From contig NC_087437.1 in the NCBI RefSeq assembly GCF_036321535.1, positions 56,732,001-56,796,000 on the forward strand: DNA of 64,000 bases. The letters run 5' to 3'. The position numbers were made by a program, and so were the translations under genes. The notes below the pieces were generated by a model. That model was not told where the DNA came from, made no database searches, and worked only from the letters and a program-made list of their open reading frames with translations. Shown piece by piece: positions 36,678 to 50,580 of the stretch. Each line of letters starts with the position of its first letter. Position 1 is the first letter of the stretch. The stretch is from Camelus dromedarius. Taxonomy: Eukaryota.

Positions 36678-37261
36678 TGAGACAGGAGGGCAGGGGGCAG
36701 GGCACAACCATTAAAAGAATGACATAGCAATTAGCACCAAGATGCTGGAAGATTCAACTCCCAGTAGACCTTGAGCTTCATTATTTGCTCATTGAAATAC
36801 AATAGCCTGCTAAATGGCACTCCAACAGGTGCCAGGACAGTTTCAAGGCTGATCATAAAAGAATGGTCAAAGGATAGGCGATGGCCCAGTTCCTGCAAAT
36901 CCCAGCCCCTTCCCCGAAGTAGTTGGAATAATCCTCCCACTTGTTACCATATGAAGTTACCGAGCACATAAAAAGTAGCAACACCATGCCTCACGGCCTG
37001 TCGCTCCCTCACCTTCCGTGATGGCCCACGCTCTGTCTATAAAGTGTGTGTCTACTTTTACTTTAAACTGAGCACCCAACTTTCACACCTCATGGCCTCT
37101 CTCTTGCCTTCTGAGACAGCCTGCACTCTGTCTATGGAGTATGTATCTCTGTGAATAAATATACCTTTACTCAACTGTGGCTCGCTCTTAAATTCTTTCC
37201 TATGCAAAGCCAAGGAGATCTAGGACACAGCCATCCCCTCACCTCAGTTTTTCCTGTATCA
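36678..37261 (+). mobile_element. MER41-like ERV1 solo LTR (copy B) with a GAS motif
   Basis: TGAGACAGGAGGG...TTCCTGTATCA, AATAAA near 37155 and TTCCCCGAA at 36910-36918. Confidence 0.8.
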
Positions 37262-40200
37262 TCATCAGTGTCACTAAGGATGAGGTAATAAAGTCCTCCC
37301 TGACTCGTGCAGCTGCTGCTGATCTCCACGATGCTCCTCTGCCCTTTGTAGCCCATCCCTCCTCCGGGTTAGTGAGCCAATCGTTGTCAGAATTTGTTCT
37401 CCACTAATCAGTCTGTTTTGAACCACAATCTCTCATCCCAGTGGAGCTCTAGATTGTGGACAGGTCAGACATTTACTTACTTCACAGCAGACTTCTCCCT
37501 CCAGCATGTTGTGGGTTGTGTGGTACTTACTTCCCTAGATCCCCCCTTGCTAGGCTGCAGTTGTTTGACTGCTTTCCTGTCCTCAAAGCCACAGATCTTG
37601 AAAGGTAGCCCTCTCCATGGAGCTACTGTCTCCAGATTCTGCTAATTACTCTCTCTCCCTCCTCTTCAGTTAAGGGGTAGTGATGGCACCCTGCTGTTCC
37701 TGACCCCTGGGATAGTTTACCATCCCCCTTTAGATTTCCTTAACCCTACCCACACCTTGGTGTGCATGTCATTCATTCAGCTCTCCTCTATTGCCTGATT
37801 TGAGCATGATCTCTTAGTCTTATTAAGTCATAAATGATGATGTAACCAAATCTGACTTTGAATTCCAACTCTGCCACATGCTTTAAGGACAAGTTTTGTG
37901 ACACAACTAGTAGATTTTTTGCACAAAACTGTTTTGCATGATATAGTTCTAACAATATTTCTTGTACTTGAGCTAAACTAAAGGTATATATAGTATATGA
38001 GTTTCTCATGGTAGGAAGGGTAACTTCCACATGTTTACATAACGTTTAGTTTTGGTTCTCCAAAAAAGCAAAGTTTGAGACAAAGTCTTACACATATGAA
38101 GATTCTCCCAGGGAATCGGAGGCATGGAATTGCAAGAGTGAAGTAAGGAAGAAAGGCAGACTAATCCAAATGCATTACTGACTTGGTTCTGCTGTGAACA
38201 ACCAGAAGCAAATTCCCCTGCCACGTTTCTGAAGAAGACGAAGAGTATGTCTCAGAACTATCGGACTAGGACACTCAACAGAGGGATTTTTAGCCCCTGA
38301 ATCCTGTCCACAAGTCAAGTAGGATCCTATCTTTAGCTATTCCAGAAAGGCTGTGTCAGCTCCCACAGCATCCTATATTGAGGTAAAAAAAGAAGCCCTA
38401 GGGCAAAAAAGTAAGAAATGAGGAATTGTTAAGGTATATCTGAAGACTGCTGGTTGCCATAGCAATAGCCAGAGCCAAAAGGTGGTGGGAATTTATAATT
38501 GGCATAAAAGTTTTCCAACCTATTACCACCCCAACTTGGTAATTTGCATATAGCAGAGATCGATAAATGTTCAATGAGAACATGCAAACCATAGTTTTAT
38601 AGTTGCTTTAGATTTCATGCCTCTTGATAAATACAAAATTGTCAAACTTTTATTCAAATGAGAATTCTGATTTTTGAGCTAGGTTCTCTCAGAGCCAAGA
38701 CTCATGCTGTTTGAATAAACTGTGACAATCGTAAATGCAATCTCTAAAACTTTATGATTTCTATTAGCTTGTATATTGACCCAGACTTGTATTTTACTTT
38801 TGATTATTATAAAGATTTTGTGTTGTGGTTATAAAAATGCCTGTAACACTTATAGCATTGCACAGCCCATTAATTTTTTTTAATGAAAAATGTTTGTATG
38901 TGATTTTTCCTTTGCATAAGTTTATATCTAAATTTCAGGACTAACATATAATCTAGTATCTTCTCTCTGATGTAATCATTCAGATTTCTAAATCGCCACC
39001 CCTCCCGACCCCACCTCTACCATACTCCTTAGTAGGACTGAGGTGAACTCGAAGATGTGACAAAGCCTCTTAAAAAATAGATGTACTTGTTTCATTTTTG
39101 TTTTGGTTTGGTTTTTTGGTCAGTGTTTTAAAGAAAAACTTCACTCTTATGAAGGGCATATAAAATTTTAAAATACAACTTAATTTAGTGGAAGTGGACA
39201 TTGCAAATTAATTACCTTTCTTGACAGTTTTACTAAGACAGGTGGCTTATAGATTCATTACGCTTTGTTGCAAGTAATATGAATCTTGTATTTATAGATT
39301 AAATTCTATTTTTATTTTTAAGGCCTGGAAGTATTGAGTTCAGTCTTGGGAATGAGAGATGCAGAAGTTATTAAACTCTTACATCATTGGGAGTACATTC
39401 GGCATTTTTCATGTCTTTTCTGAACATACAAGGAATACATGCCACATGCATGGAACTAAATTGATGGCAAATTTACACTTGCAGTCGCTCTTCTTACATC
39501 TCACTCCTTCCTCCCAATGATCACCAGAGTACCTGTGTTTTTCATGTCTTTCTTTTTCTCCCTCCCTCTCTTGTTCAATATGTGATTTATTTCACTCTGC
39601 AAATAACCGAAACTAATACAAAAAGAATCAAAAAACCTGAACAGCCCTATGCATGTTAAATAAATTAAATTTATAATGATAAACTTAAGAGAATTCCAGG
39701 CTAAGCTGGCTTCACTGGTGAAGTCTATCTAACACTTAATGAAAAAAATCCAAGAATATACAAATTCTTGTAGAAAGTAGAGAAATAGTATGTAGTCCAC
39801 ATATCTTTATATGAACCAACATAACCCAGGTACCAGGATCAGTAAACTTCACGTGGAAATAATATTACATATGAGCACAGACAGAAATAGAGATACAAAT
39901 TTTAGCCTTTTCTCTAGTAAAGTTGTTTGACATACATCTCTCGGGTCTTCTTTTTTTTTTTAGAGTCACACACATCTTTAACTAAAATGGGTGTGCTTTG
40001 TACATGCTGTTTTATAATATTTCTATTAAATTTTATGTCATGAACATTTTTTCATACCATTATGTGTCCATCTATAACATAATTTTAGTTCTTCTCGACA
40101 TAATGCCTATCTGTTTAATCAATCCTGATTGGATAGAAGCAATGCTTCTGAGTATTTTTGCACATTCCTTTTTCTGTATGTTAAAATACAGACACACAAT

Positions 40201-40896
40201 ATTAAAAGTTCCCTTTATTGTTAAACACAATATTATTTAAAAATTATTTTTGTATATTTGGTCTAAGGTCATCTCTCTGTATCCTTTTTAATAAAGTGTT
40301 AGACTTAAAAGAGATTTACAAAAGGGTTTTGAAAAAAAGAAAGTATGGCATAAGATTTTCAGTATAATAATAAATAGACCCAAATTCCTGAAAGGATGAA
40401 TAATGAGCAAAATACCTCATTATGTTATAAATGTTATAAAAAAGCAACAATATTTGAAAATTACCAGATGCTGGTCTAGAGGTATTCAAAATTCTAAGTG
40501 CATAGTATAAATTTTGAGGAAAAAAGCTCAAACTCTCTTTATGGTTCTGTCTCTCTCTGCCTCTCTCTTCCTAAGAAGAAATAAGTGTGACTAACTCATT
40601 TAGTTATGGTATGTCAAATATTTTAAAAGTCTTATGTATGTATTTCAACGTATGCAAAATTATGGAGTGGATCAGGGCAGAAGGGAGGCATCACCAGATT
40701 TTTACTTTATTAGATTTAATTTTTAAGAGAAAAAAATCAAGATGGTGTAAAATTTTATAGTTATACAAAATAACGGAGATGTCATTGACCATGATTGGAA
40801 ACTGAGAAGTAGCAATTTTATGATGGGATGAAATCAAATTTTGATTCAATATATACTTGGTATGAAGTGACCAGTGAACTCCAGATGAAAATGCCC

Positions 40897-40992
40897 AGGA
40901 ATGGGGGTACAGTTCAGTGGTAGAGTGGGTGCTTAGCATGCACAAGGTCCTGATTTCAATCCCCAGTACCTCCATAACAAAAAATTCAAAAA
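40897..40992 (+). mobile_element. tRNA-derived SINE, same family as 22798
   Basis: AGTTCAGTGGTAGAG...GCTTAGCATGCACAAGGTCCTGATTTCAATCCCCAGTACCTCCA plus A-rich tail. Confidence 0.8.
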
Positions 40993-43399
40993 GTTTAGGT
41001 TTGAACATTAGATTGGAGGTCAGCTTAGAAATCAGAACATTAGAACATTTTTATTATTTCAGAAAAAATTTGACAATAAATTTTCCCAGAAAAAATAGTG
41101 ATTTGTAATATTTCTGCCTTCATATTTTTAAAGGGAGAAATGTTTACCACTCCTTCAAGGCTTCTTGAATATCTGTCATCAAACGATCTAAGAGCAATTG
41201 CTTATGGAGGGTATTTTTGATCACCCAACTTTTAAGTAAGACTTTAAAAATTTGTTGACAACTCTATACAAAACTGCAAGCTTATTTAAGAGCATATATT
41301 ACCTGCATACAAATAAGAGAACATATCCTAAAAATATGATATTTTTCAAATGTATTTATATTTCCTCCATAACCCAGGAAGATTATGGAATAACTACCTT
41401 GATGCATTTCATGAAATAAGGATTTGTTAACAGCAAGTGGAACCGTGTATAAAAAGAAAATCTTACCAATTAGATTCATTCATTGTACACACTTGATATT
41501 CTTCATTCTTAATATTGGCTTAAATGCTAATCGAGCAAATTGAGTCTTTCCTAACTTGAGTTCAAATTTTGCTCATGAATTCCATAAAGCATTTTTCCTT
41601 CCTTTACCATTGACCATACATAAATATTGGATAGTCATAAAAATTTAATGAAACTTAACTTTTAAAATGTACCGCAAAAGAGAAATGCCAAGGTTTGCAC
41701 TGACTAATGCAATGGTAGTCTGTAATCACAGACTCCAATCTGCCTCCAAGCAAATTACACTGTGGCAAAAACTGTCTGCAAAAGAAAAGTCAAAATGAAT
41801 ATACTATTGGAATCAGCTTCAATGGACTGATCCAATGGAATGGTCACTAAAGATTAAAATGGGATCTGACAACAAGGCGAGATACGACTCCTGGATCCGG
41901 AGGTCAGAGGTTTATTGCAAATGCTGAGCTGGAATCTTGGCCTAGAAAGGGAGGATGTCCAGAATGAAGCCACACTGGGATTGGAAAGCAGGCTTTTGCC
42001 CATAAAGGTTAGTGATGCTGAAACCTCAAAACCTCCGAGGTTCAAACTGGGTAAGCCAGTATTTCAGAGTGGCAGGGTGGGGTGGCCAGCCTGGTTCTGC
42101 TGAGTAGATAAGAACACAGTCTGCTGGAGCGAGGCCTCTGGGGTTCCATTCCCAGCCCTGGCTCTCATGCTCCCAAGAAGTCAGTATTAGCCACTGAACA
42201 TTCTCTGCCCCAGTTTTCTTCTAAGTATAATCAGATGAATGCATTGACCGCATGCTGAATTTACTAGGATGTTACCAGTTCGTGTTTTAAAATAGAAGAG
42301 AATAAAATAGAACAGAACAGAAATTACAGAACTTACAAGAGATGTTACGGGTCCATTAATCCAATCCTTCCAACACCATGGCTTAGAGAGAAGAGACATA
42401 GCCCCAAATCACACATCTAGTTAGCGCTTTGAAAGCTTCTCTTTTTCAACTTGGAAATAAAGACCAGAATATGTACTTTGAATATTTTATTGTATCTGAG
42501 GCTGGATTAATAGGTATTGCTTTGTGGAAGGTTAAAAATTTTGATGTAGACAGATATTTAGTGACCTGAAAAATATTAACGACATTTACCGTAATGAAAA
42601 ATACTTCACAACAGTACACGTGCTGCAGGCCTGTTTCTAATAAAAGTAAACAGACACGCGTACGTCTCCAGGAGGAAGACCTACTGCCAAGTAGTTATTT
42701 CTTTCTATGGTTGAATTATGTGTTATTTTCACTTTAGTCTTTGGCTTGTTAGTGATTTCTAATATAGTGAGTATGTATTTTGTTTATACTAGAAAAATAC
42801 TACATTATGTGTCCTAAAAAGCATAATATATCAAAATCTAAAAAATTAGGTTTTAAAACCCTGCATTGATTTCTTGTGACCTTTTGACTACGTATATTCT
42901 GAGGAATCTCAAACCTACACCATTAACTCAGACTTCTCTTTTAAGCCCCAGACACATTTAACCAAATTTTCTATGTGCAGTTTGGGGCCCCACTGCTCTC
43001 TAGTTACAGAGTCTCCTTTGGGCCGTTATCTCTCAACCAACTATAATATGACCCTACTTTTGGAGGAATACAATGAGTGCTTGACATCAAGGCCTCAAGC
43101 CCGCTTTTGATAACAAGGAAAATGAACACCTAGTTCCCAAAGTGTAAACTTCTCTTGTCAGCACGTAAGCTAGTCTACCTTTTGGAACAATCATAAAGAA
43201 ATCTCAGGTTCTGACCACAATCGTCTATAAATTCCAGCTTATTGGATCATTTGCCCTCAGTCCAGCTGACCTTCAACCTCAATGGAATCACTGGTTTATT
43301 AAACCCTCTGCTTTCCCCCATCTTTCAGCCCTTTACTCTTCTCCTATCCAGGTGAGAGTCCACTTTCTTCCCTAAAATCTCTGTCCCCTTTCCCCTTTC

Positions 43400-44440
43400 A
43401 TTTCGCCTCTCCAACAAACCACATTCTCCACACTAATGTGACTTTTGACTTTTCTGTGCCTGTACCCGAGGCACTAAGCACTATTGGCGGAGGGGGAACC
43501 CACAGCTGCACTGATTGATTTCCTTATAAACTCACAATCATCAGTCTTAACCCCACAAGACAATTATTCACCCCTCTGCTGCCCGATTTTCCCCTTACAT
43601 TCCACCCAGACTGCTTTCATCCCTATTAGCAGTGTCTTCTCTTTCACCAAGTCCAGGAGAAACTTTTTGTTCCTTAGCTTGTTAGACCACTTAGTCATCT
43701 CCAAAACAATCACTTTCTCCTCCTTATAATATTCCGTTCCTCTAGCTTCTCAACCTTAGAAACTTTTAATTTCCCTTTTTCTAGCTATTTACCTTAGTCT
43801 TACTTGAAGGTTCATCTTCCCTTATTGAGCTATCAAATTTTTCTCAGGGAACTGTCCTAGGCCTTCTTGTCCTCCACTCTGCATTCTCCATCCAGGACTA
43901 TGTCATCTCTCCTACGCGTTTGACCTCAGTGAGCACCTATATTCTAATGGATACCCAATCTGTCTACTAGTCCACACCTCTCTTTTAAGATCCAGGCTAT
44001 TTATCCAACTGTCTACTTCACATCTGTATTCAAGTGCTTCACAGACACCTCAAACTCAACAGATATTCAAAACTAACTCATAATCTTCTCTCCCTCCAAT
44101 ACTGTTTGTTCTTTATTTGGTGCCACTCAATGCTGCCCAGTCAATGACACCTTCTACCCAGATGCTCAAAGCAAAACCTACTTGTCAGCTTTGACTCCTC
44201 TCATTCCCTTTCCTCCCAAAATAGCTTCACCAATTAATGTTATCACCAAGATAGATCTCAATCTGTGCATCTGATTCCATTGCTTGTGCTCACACCTTAA
44301 ACTAAGGTATTCTTATTTTTCATCTGTCATAAACTCTCCGAGGGCTTCCATCACCTACTCTTATTTTCTTCCGATACATCCCTTTAACATAGATAACACA
44401 TCATAAACTGGCACTAAATAAATGTGTGTTGAACTGAATT
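43400..44440 (+). mobile_element. LINE-2 relic
   Basis: Pyrimidine-rich L2 motifs (ATCCAACTGTCTACTT, CACCTCAAACTCAACA, TTTGACTCCTCTC) and a TAAATGTGTGTTGAACTGAAT end. Confidence 0.7.
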
Positions 44441-47400
44441 GGTCCTCCAAAGATAAGAAATACAAATTCCAGTTAATGCACACACTTGTGTCCTAAGGTA
44501 AACAACTGAAAATCCCCATCAATGCTTCAACTTTTGCCACAAAATTGGATCAAAACAATGATCTGTATCTCAATCAGTAGAAAGAAAACTACAAATATAT
44601 TATTGAATAAAGATAAGTATCAGAAAGCAATTTATATTATGTAGAATATTCAGAAAATAAAAAATGAAACTGATAATTATAATTAATATCTTTGCATGCA
44701 AAACTGATTTCATAAATCCACACATAAAAATGAACCTCATGTCTTTTAATCATAGTTATCACACTGCCCTTATTCATGATATGTATAACAAGATATTGTA
44801 TTTTTTTGTATTCTGTATTTTTATTTCTTGTATTTTTTTCCTTTGTTTAAAGGTGCTATAAACAAATAGTCCTCCTGTCTTACATGTAATGGATACACCA
44901 TAATTTTTTAAAAATATTTTTCCCATTTGGAATTTTGGAAGGGAAAGAAGCTTAAATTTGGGTATTTTATATAACATATTTGGTATCTGATTCAGCCAGT
45001 AAGTCTGATCTCTGGGCTCTTTTTGCTGTAAAAGACTTTCTTAGCATAGAGGCCAAGCACCTAGTCACAGCCTTAGGAGTTCTGTGGAGGCCAAGAACAT
45101 GTTTTAAGAATAAGCAGGGTGTGGTTGGAAGAGGGGTGGAAAAGGAATGAAGATAGTTGCCTTCTATGTGCAATCATTCAACACCTCAAGGCAAATACCT
45201 TCTCAGTTATCAATTGGGGGACTTCTAATAATGATTTCAAATGTTAGTCCTTCCCATCTCAGGTTCTATGATTCTAGGTCAAGTGGGGAAATTTTTACAA
45301 AGCTAAATTCTTCAGCTCTTGTTTCCACCATTGTTTGACGAGGAATATAGGAAAATCAAAAGGACAAAAATTCTAGTCTGAAAAGCCAGAATGTTAATAA
45401 AACATTGAAACCAGTCATTTCTTACGTGTGTAATTGTAGTTTGTGATTCAGTACATCAGAAGTTTATCCAGGAATCTGAAAGTACATGGACATGGCAGGA
45501 GTCCAAGGCATTAATAAGAATTTACATCCAAACTATGATGCAAGGAAAAAGCTTTTGTTCTTTTTTAGAACTGGGAAGGATCAGAAAGGCAGCTCTGAAT
45601 TCCTTAACAGAGGCTCTGAGATGGAAAATGATTTTGGTCAAGTCCCTTAGAAAGAAAAACACATTTTACTTTCCCTCAAGGGTACCCTATGACAGTCTAG
45701 CTCTAAAGATGACTTCAGTGCAGAGTCCTGAATTTGGGACCCAAGAAAACCAAGAAAGTGTTCTTTACTCAAACCTGCAAGAAGAAGGAAAATAAAAAAC
45801 CCAAAGTTAAGCATGATCATCCAGCTGGCACACGTGCCCGGGCCACAACTGGCTTTGGCAAGTCCTTATCCTCAAGGTCTCCAATGGCTTGGAGACACTC
45901 ACCACAAGAAAATCATGGGTTTTAAAATACAAGAATTAAAGAGCACATTGATGTAATTCTGGTGAAGGAACATTCAGAGAAATGTGTGTTTGTCTTTGAA
46001 GGTTGGCTAACCTTGTGAATGCTTCAGACCTGTAACCAGACTATTTGCCTAGGAGTTGATGCTACTGTCCCTGAAAAGCTTTGCTGTATTAACCATCCCC
46101 AAAGTGCAGCCTTCAACCTTAGCCCTTTCACTGTCCCAAGGCCCAGGAGGAGAAATCTCTACCTAAACTTCTTTTTAAAGTCAGAATATCTTTATGCATT
46201 AAAGTAGTCACCTAGAGTCTTAGAATAACCAGAAACTAGTTCTTGAATATACTTGGAAGACTTTCTCTCAAATGATTGTATAATCTTGGCTTGATGGATT
46301 CCTTTATGAGAGAATTCTTAAGAAGTTCTTCCACATAACAGAGTCAAATTTAACTCCCTTTAATTCCATTCCTCATTCTTTCTTCCTCTAAGGGCCACAA
46401 AGAGTAATCTATCCTCCTCCATTCTCTTTTCTAGACTATATATTCCAATTCTTTCACCTAACATCATGGTTTCAGGTCCTTTACCATTCTGATCATTCTT
46501 TCCCTCATGTGCCCAGCTTAATTTTCATCTTTTAAAAGCACTTACAGTAATTTGAAAAATATTTTGTTGGGGTTCATTGAAATAACTCCTACAAAATAAA
46601 TCAGGACCTTGCTGGCCTTATAAAGTGGGTTTACTCACTTAACTCTGGCTCAAGTCTAGGTTCTAGAAATAATTTCTAGATAATAAGAATATTAATCACC
46701 AAATCTCAGCCATGACAGTCTTCTCCCCAGTTGCTCTCATACATAATGACACAAATTAGCTTTTAAAAGTCTAAAAACTATTTGTAATCCTTCATTATAT
46801 TATGGAACATGTTTAAGAGTGAAATTGAAATAAATGTTCAAGCTAAAATGTGTGTCTTAGTACTTTTAACTAAATCCAGACTCTTCATGGCTGATTAGAT
46901 GGGAATTCAGATGTCAACACGTTTCTCCCTCTCTGTTTAGAAATGAGGAATCAGAGACTGGGAGGAGTAAGGAGCTTGCCCAAGCACTTGCTTACACACC
47001 CTCAAATCACTAGAAGAACCAAGATTCTTTCTCCAGTCCAAACTTTATTCTCACGAATTCTATATGTTCAACCTGCCATAAATTGCAATTAGACCCAAAT
47101 GTCACCCTAGTCTGTTAAATGACTTACCTTATATCCTATGCAGAAAGTAGAAGGTAACAAACATTTTATTATGTTATTAATAAACATGGCAAAACCATAT
47201 AAGCAAGATGTTATAAGAAATAGCATATAAGTAAGACATGAGTTTATGGGCTAAATCCTATTATAAGAAATAGCATATGCAGAAATAACACACAAAGAAA
47301 ATGTTGATTCATTTCCATATCAAGAGAAGCTGCCTTTGAAAGGGCTCTTCAGTGGCCAGTTCTAGGTACTGAATTATGTTTCTGGATGCTAGTTACCTAG

Positions 47401-47469
47401 TTAACAGCCAGTTTACCAGGTACTACTTAGTTTCTTACTACACACTGGTTTACTTACTGATGCATAGTT

Positions 47470-48000
47470 AATTGTTTCAGTTAACTATGCTGCATAATTA
47501 ACAACTTAAAGTTGAGTGGCTTCAAATGACAGTCATTTTTCTCTGCGGGTCAGATATTCGGGCATCCTCACCTCTCCCACGTGGTGACAGATGGTCCTTC
47601 TTCAGTTGCATTCAGCTAAAACATCCACCCAGCCAGAAAGTTCAAGATTGTCTCACTCAAATGGCTAACTCCTCAGCTGGGATGGATCAAGGACTGGGCC
47701 TCTTTTTTCACGTGATGTCGGCTGGATTCCCACATATGTCTGAGCCCTCAGTCCTTCTACATGTGGCCTCTCTCTCATTTCACATGTGAACCTGGATGTC
47801 TTATGCTGTGTCTGCATTCTCCCTGAGCAAAAGCAGAAGATCCGACAACTCTTACTTAAGGCCTGGGCTCAGAAGTCCCAAAGGGTCAATTCCATTGTGT
47901 TCTATTGTTCAATGCAAGTGTCAAGTCCAACCCAGATTCTAAGTGTCGGGAAACAGAACCTACCTTTCAATGGAAGGTATCGTTTATGTGAACAGGGATG
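47470..48000 (-). mobile_element. MaLR (MLT1-type) LTR relic
   Basis: TGTTTCAGTTAACTATGCTGCATAA, CACATGTGGCCTCTC-like, AAGGCCTGGGCTCAGAAGTCCCA and CCCAGATTC motifs. Confidence 0.65.
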
Positions 48001-48743
48001 GAAACCCCATACAGCAAATCTGTTTTCTATTTGCTTTGTAGTTGACAAAAGAGGAGCTAAGTTCAGCTTTGATTCTGCCACTAAGATAAAAATATTCTTT
48101 AAAAAAGTCAACAACCTATATAGAAACTAGTATAAATACACACGCATGAAAAAATAGTAGACAAAGATGCAGGACTAGAGTATTGTACACGTGGTTTCTC
48201 TTATTATCCTTAAAAAGTAGTTTTACATCAAACTGTAGTTTACCCACATTACTAAAGGTTGCACTTTCTCTCTCTGGGATAGCATTTTAATTTTTACCAT
48301 TTTAACAAAATTGTTTCATGACCAAATCATACATATACATTCCTAAAAGATTTGAGGTAACACAAACACGCATATACCAGTTTTACAACCTTTAAAATTC
48401 AACACATTTCATTAACATTTTACTCCATAATCACATCACACTTTACCCCATATGGTCCATAGCTGTATCTTATTACATCATGTAGCTATATCATCATTTA
48501 TTTAATTAGCATTGAAAATTATGTTGTTTAAAATCATTTAGTATTTGAAATGCTATTTTAGCTAATACACTTATTCGTAAAGCTTTGTATATATTCATGT
48601 CACTTTCTTTTTATAAATTCTTAGGTCACAGTAAAAACAATCTCAAAAGCTTTTGATGTATATAGACTGATTGCTCTACAAAACGTTAAAAACGATTACA
48701 CTTCTGTCAACACTTGCCCATATTCCCAAACCTTTGCCCACAC

Positions 48744-49121
48744 GTCCAGTCATCACCAAGCTGTCCCAGAGTGCAGGAGCCATGCCAGGAGGGACTCCTG
48801 GGGGCTTCCCTGGTGGGGGCGCTTCTCCATCTGGTGGTGCCTCCTCTGGGCTCACCATTGAAGAGGCTGATGAAGCCAGCCTAGCACAGGTTTAGCATTG
48901 TTCCACACAAGACACTGAAGGACTCAAATTTGTAGCAAATTCCACGGCAGTTTTAAAGTTGAGCTGCTATAATAAATAACTGAGCATTCTTGATATTTGA
49001 ATACGGAATATGTGCACAGGGACATATTGTAACATTGCACTTTATAAGCCCTGTATTATAAGTGGAAAATACAATGTCTTAAATAAGACTGTATTTAAAA
49101 TCGGTACCATAAAAAAAAAAA
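48744..49121 (+). pseudogene. HSPA8: 5'-truncated processed pseudogene of HSPA8 (Hsc70): C-terminus, 3'UTR and poly(A)
   Basis: [42 protein letters not shown] resembles Hsc70 [43 protein letters not shown]-tail from 49111; TSD AAACCTTTGC(C/T)CACAC at 48728-48743 and 49122-49137. Confidence 0.93.
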
Positions 49122-50166
49122 AAACCTTTGCTCACACTGGATATTGCCATTAATTGTTAATCACTTCTAATTTATTAAATGAAATATAGTTTTTTATTCT
49201 TTTAAGTGTGTTTCTTTGATTACTATGAAGTTTGTCTTCTTGCATTCCCAAGGCATACAATATAATAATATCATTTCTAAAAGTGATCATTTAATCACCT
49301 CATATATATATGTATATATATATGTATATGACATAATGTATGTCTATATACACAAACATTCACACATAAACCCAAAATTTTAGCACTAGTTGCTTTGGGT
49401 CCTTGTTTTGAATTATGGGTGATTGTTACTTCTTTTTCAATATATTTTCAAGAATTCTCTATGATTCAGATGAACATATAAAACCGTACAATAGAGTGTT
49501 GCTATCTCTAGAGTTCATTCTTCGAGCTCATATTATGATGAAATTATTTGAGAACCTCATAAAAAATCTCAATAAAATAGTACTCAAGTGGGACCTATCT
49601 ATATTCATTATTAGTTGGACTTGATAGGCACCAAACAGAGTGACCTTTGTTGGATAGAAAATAGAAGTATAGGTTTTTACAGCAATCCCTGCATGCTGCC
49701 TCCCCACGCCAAACATATATACCGAGAATAGAATATTGAGCCTGCCAGTCATTTCCAAATAAACATGGTTTGGACCAAGACGTTCTTTCACTCTGACATT
49801 ATTTCAGCTCTGACACTCCTGGGTTGTAGCTGTGGTGAGCTGGTTCCTTTCCTTTTCCTTCTCTTGGTTAAGTTTTTTTATGAACTTTCCTTCTTAGCCA
49901 GGATCTGGTATCTGCATCCTATAATCAGTTCTGCTCCATCCTTCAGCTGCCAGCTTTCCTGGGCAACTTGCCACTATCTCCACTCTTTCCTGGGAAAACT
50001 CTTTGAGTCCCAGTTATAAATTCATCTTTGTAGCTTTGATCCCCATTCCTGCACCCCCATGAGATACGCTCTTTACTTCCTCCAATAACCCATAAACTGA
50101 CCCTTCAAAGACTATAGCATTTTTTGTATTAGAATAAATATCACATTGGATATGTGTATCTATTTC

Positions 50167-50578
50167 TTTTTTATAATTTAAATATAGTTGATTTACAATA
50201 CTGTATTAGTTTCAGGTATACAACATAGTGATTCAATATTTTTATAGATTATACTCCCTTTAAAGTCATTACACGATCATGGCTATATTTCCCTGTGCTG
50301 TACAATTATCCTTGTGGCTTATTTATTTTATACATAGTAGTTTATATCTTTTAATCCCAGACCCTTATTTGGCTCTTCCCCTCATCCTTCTCCCTGCCGG
50401 TAACCGCTAGCTTGTTCTCTGTATCTGTGAATCTGCTTCTGTTTTGTTACATACATTTGTTTGCTTTATTTTTTAGATTCCACATGTAAGTGATAACATA
50501 GAGTATTTGTTTCACTTTATCTAACTCATTTCACTTAGTGTAACACCCTCTATGTTCATCCATGCTGTTGCAAATAGC
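50167..50578 (-). mobile_element. 5'-truncated LINE-1 3' end
   Basis: ATATAGTTGATTTACAATACTG...AGATTCCACATGTAAGTGATA...CATGCTGTTGCAAAT, related to the copies at 404 and 11316. Confidence 0.88.
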
Positions 50579-50580
50579 CA

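Noticed and set aside
26349..37261. The two MER41-like LTRs as ends of one provirus
   Set aside because: They are in opposite orientation with unrelated genomic DNA between them.
48671..48895. 74-aa ORF as a functional HSP70 gene
   Set aside because: Non-ATG start in flanking DNA; only the last ~40 codons of a truncated retrocopy.
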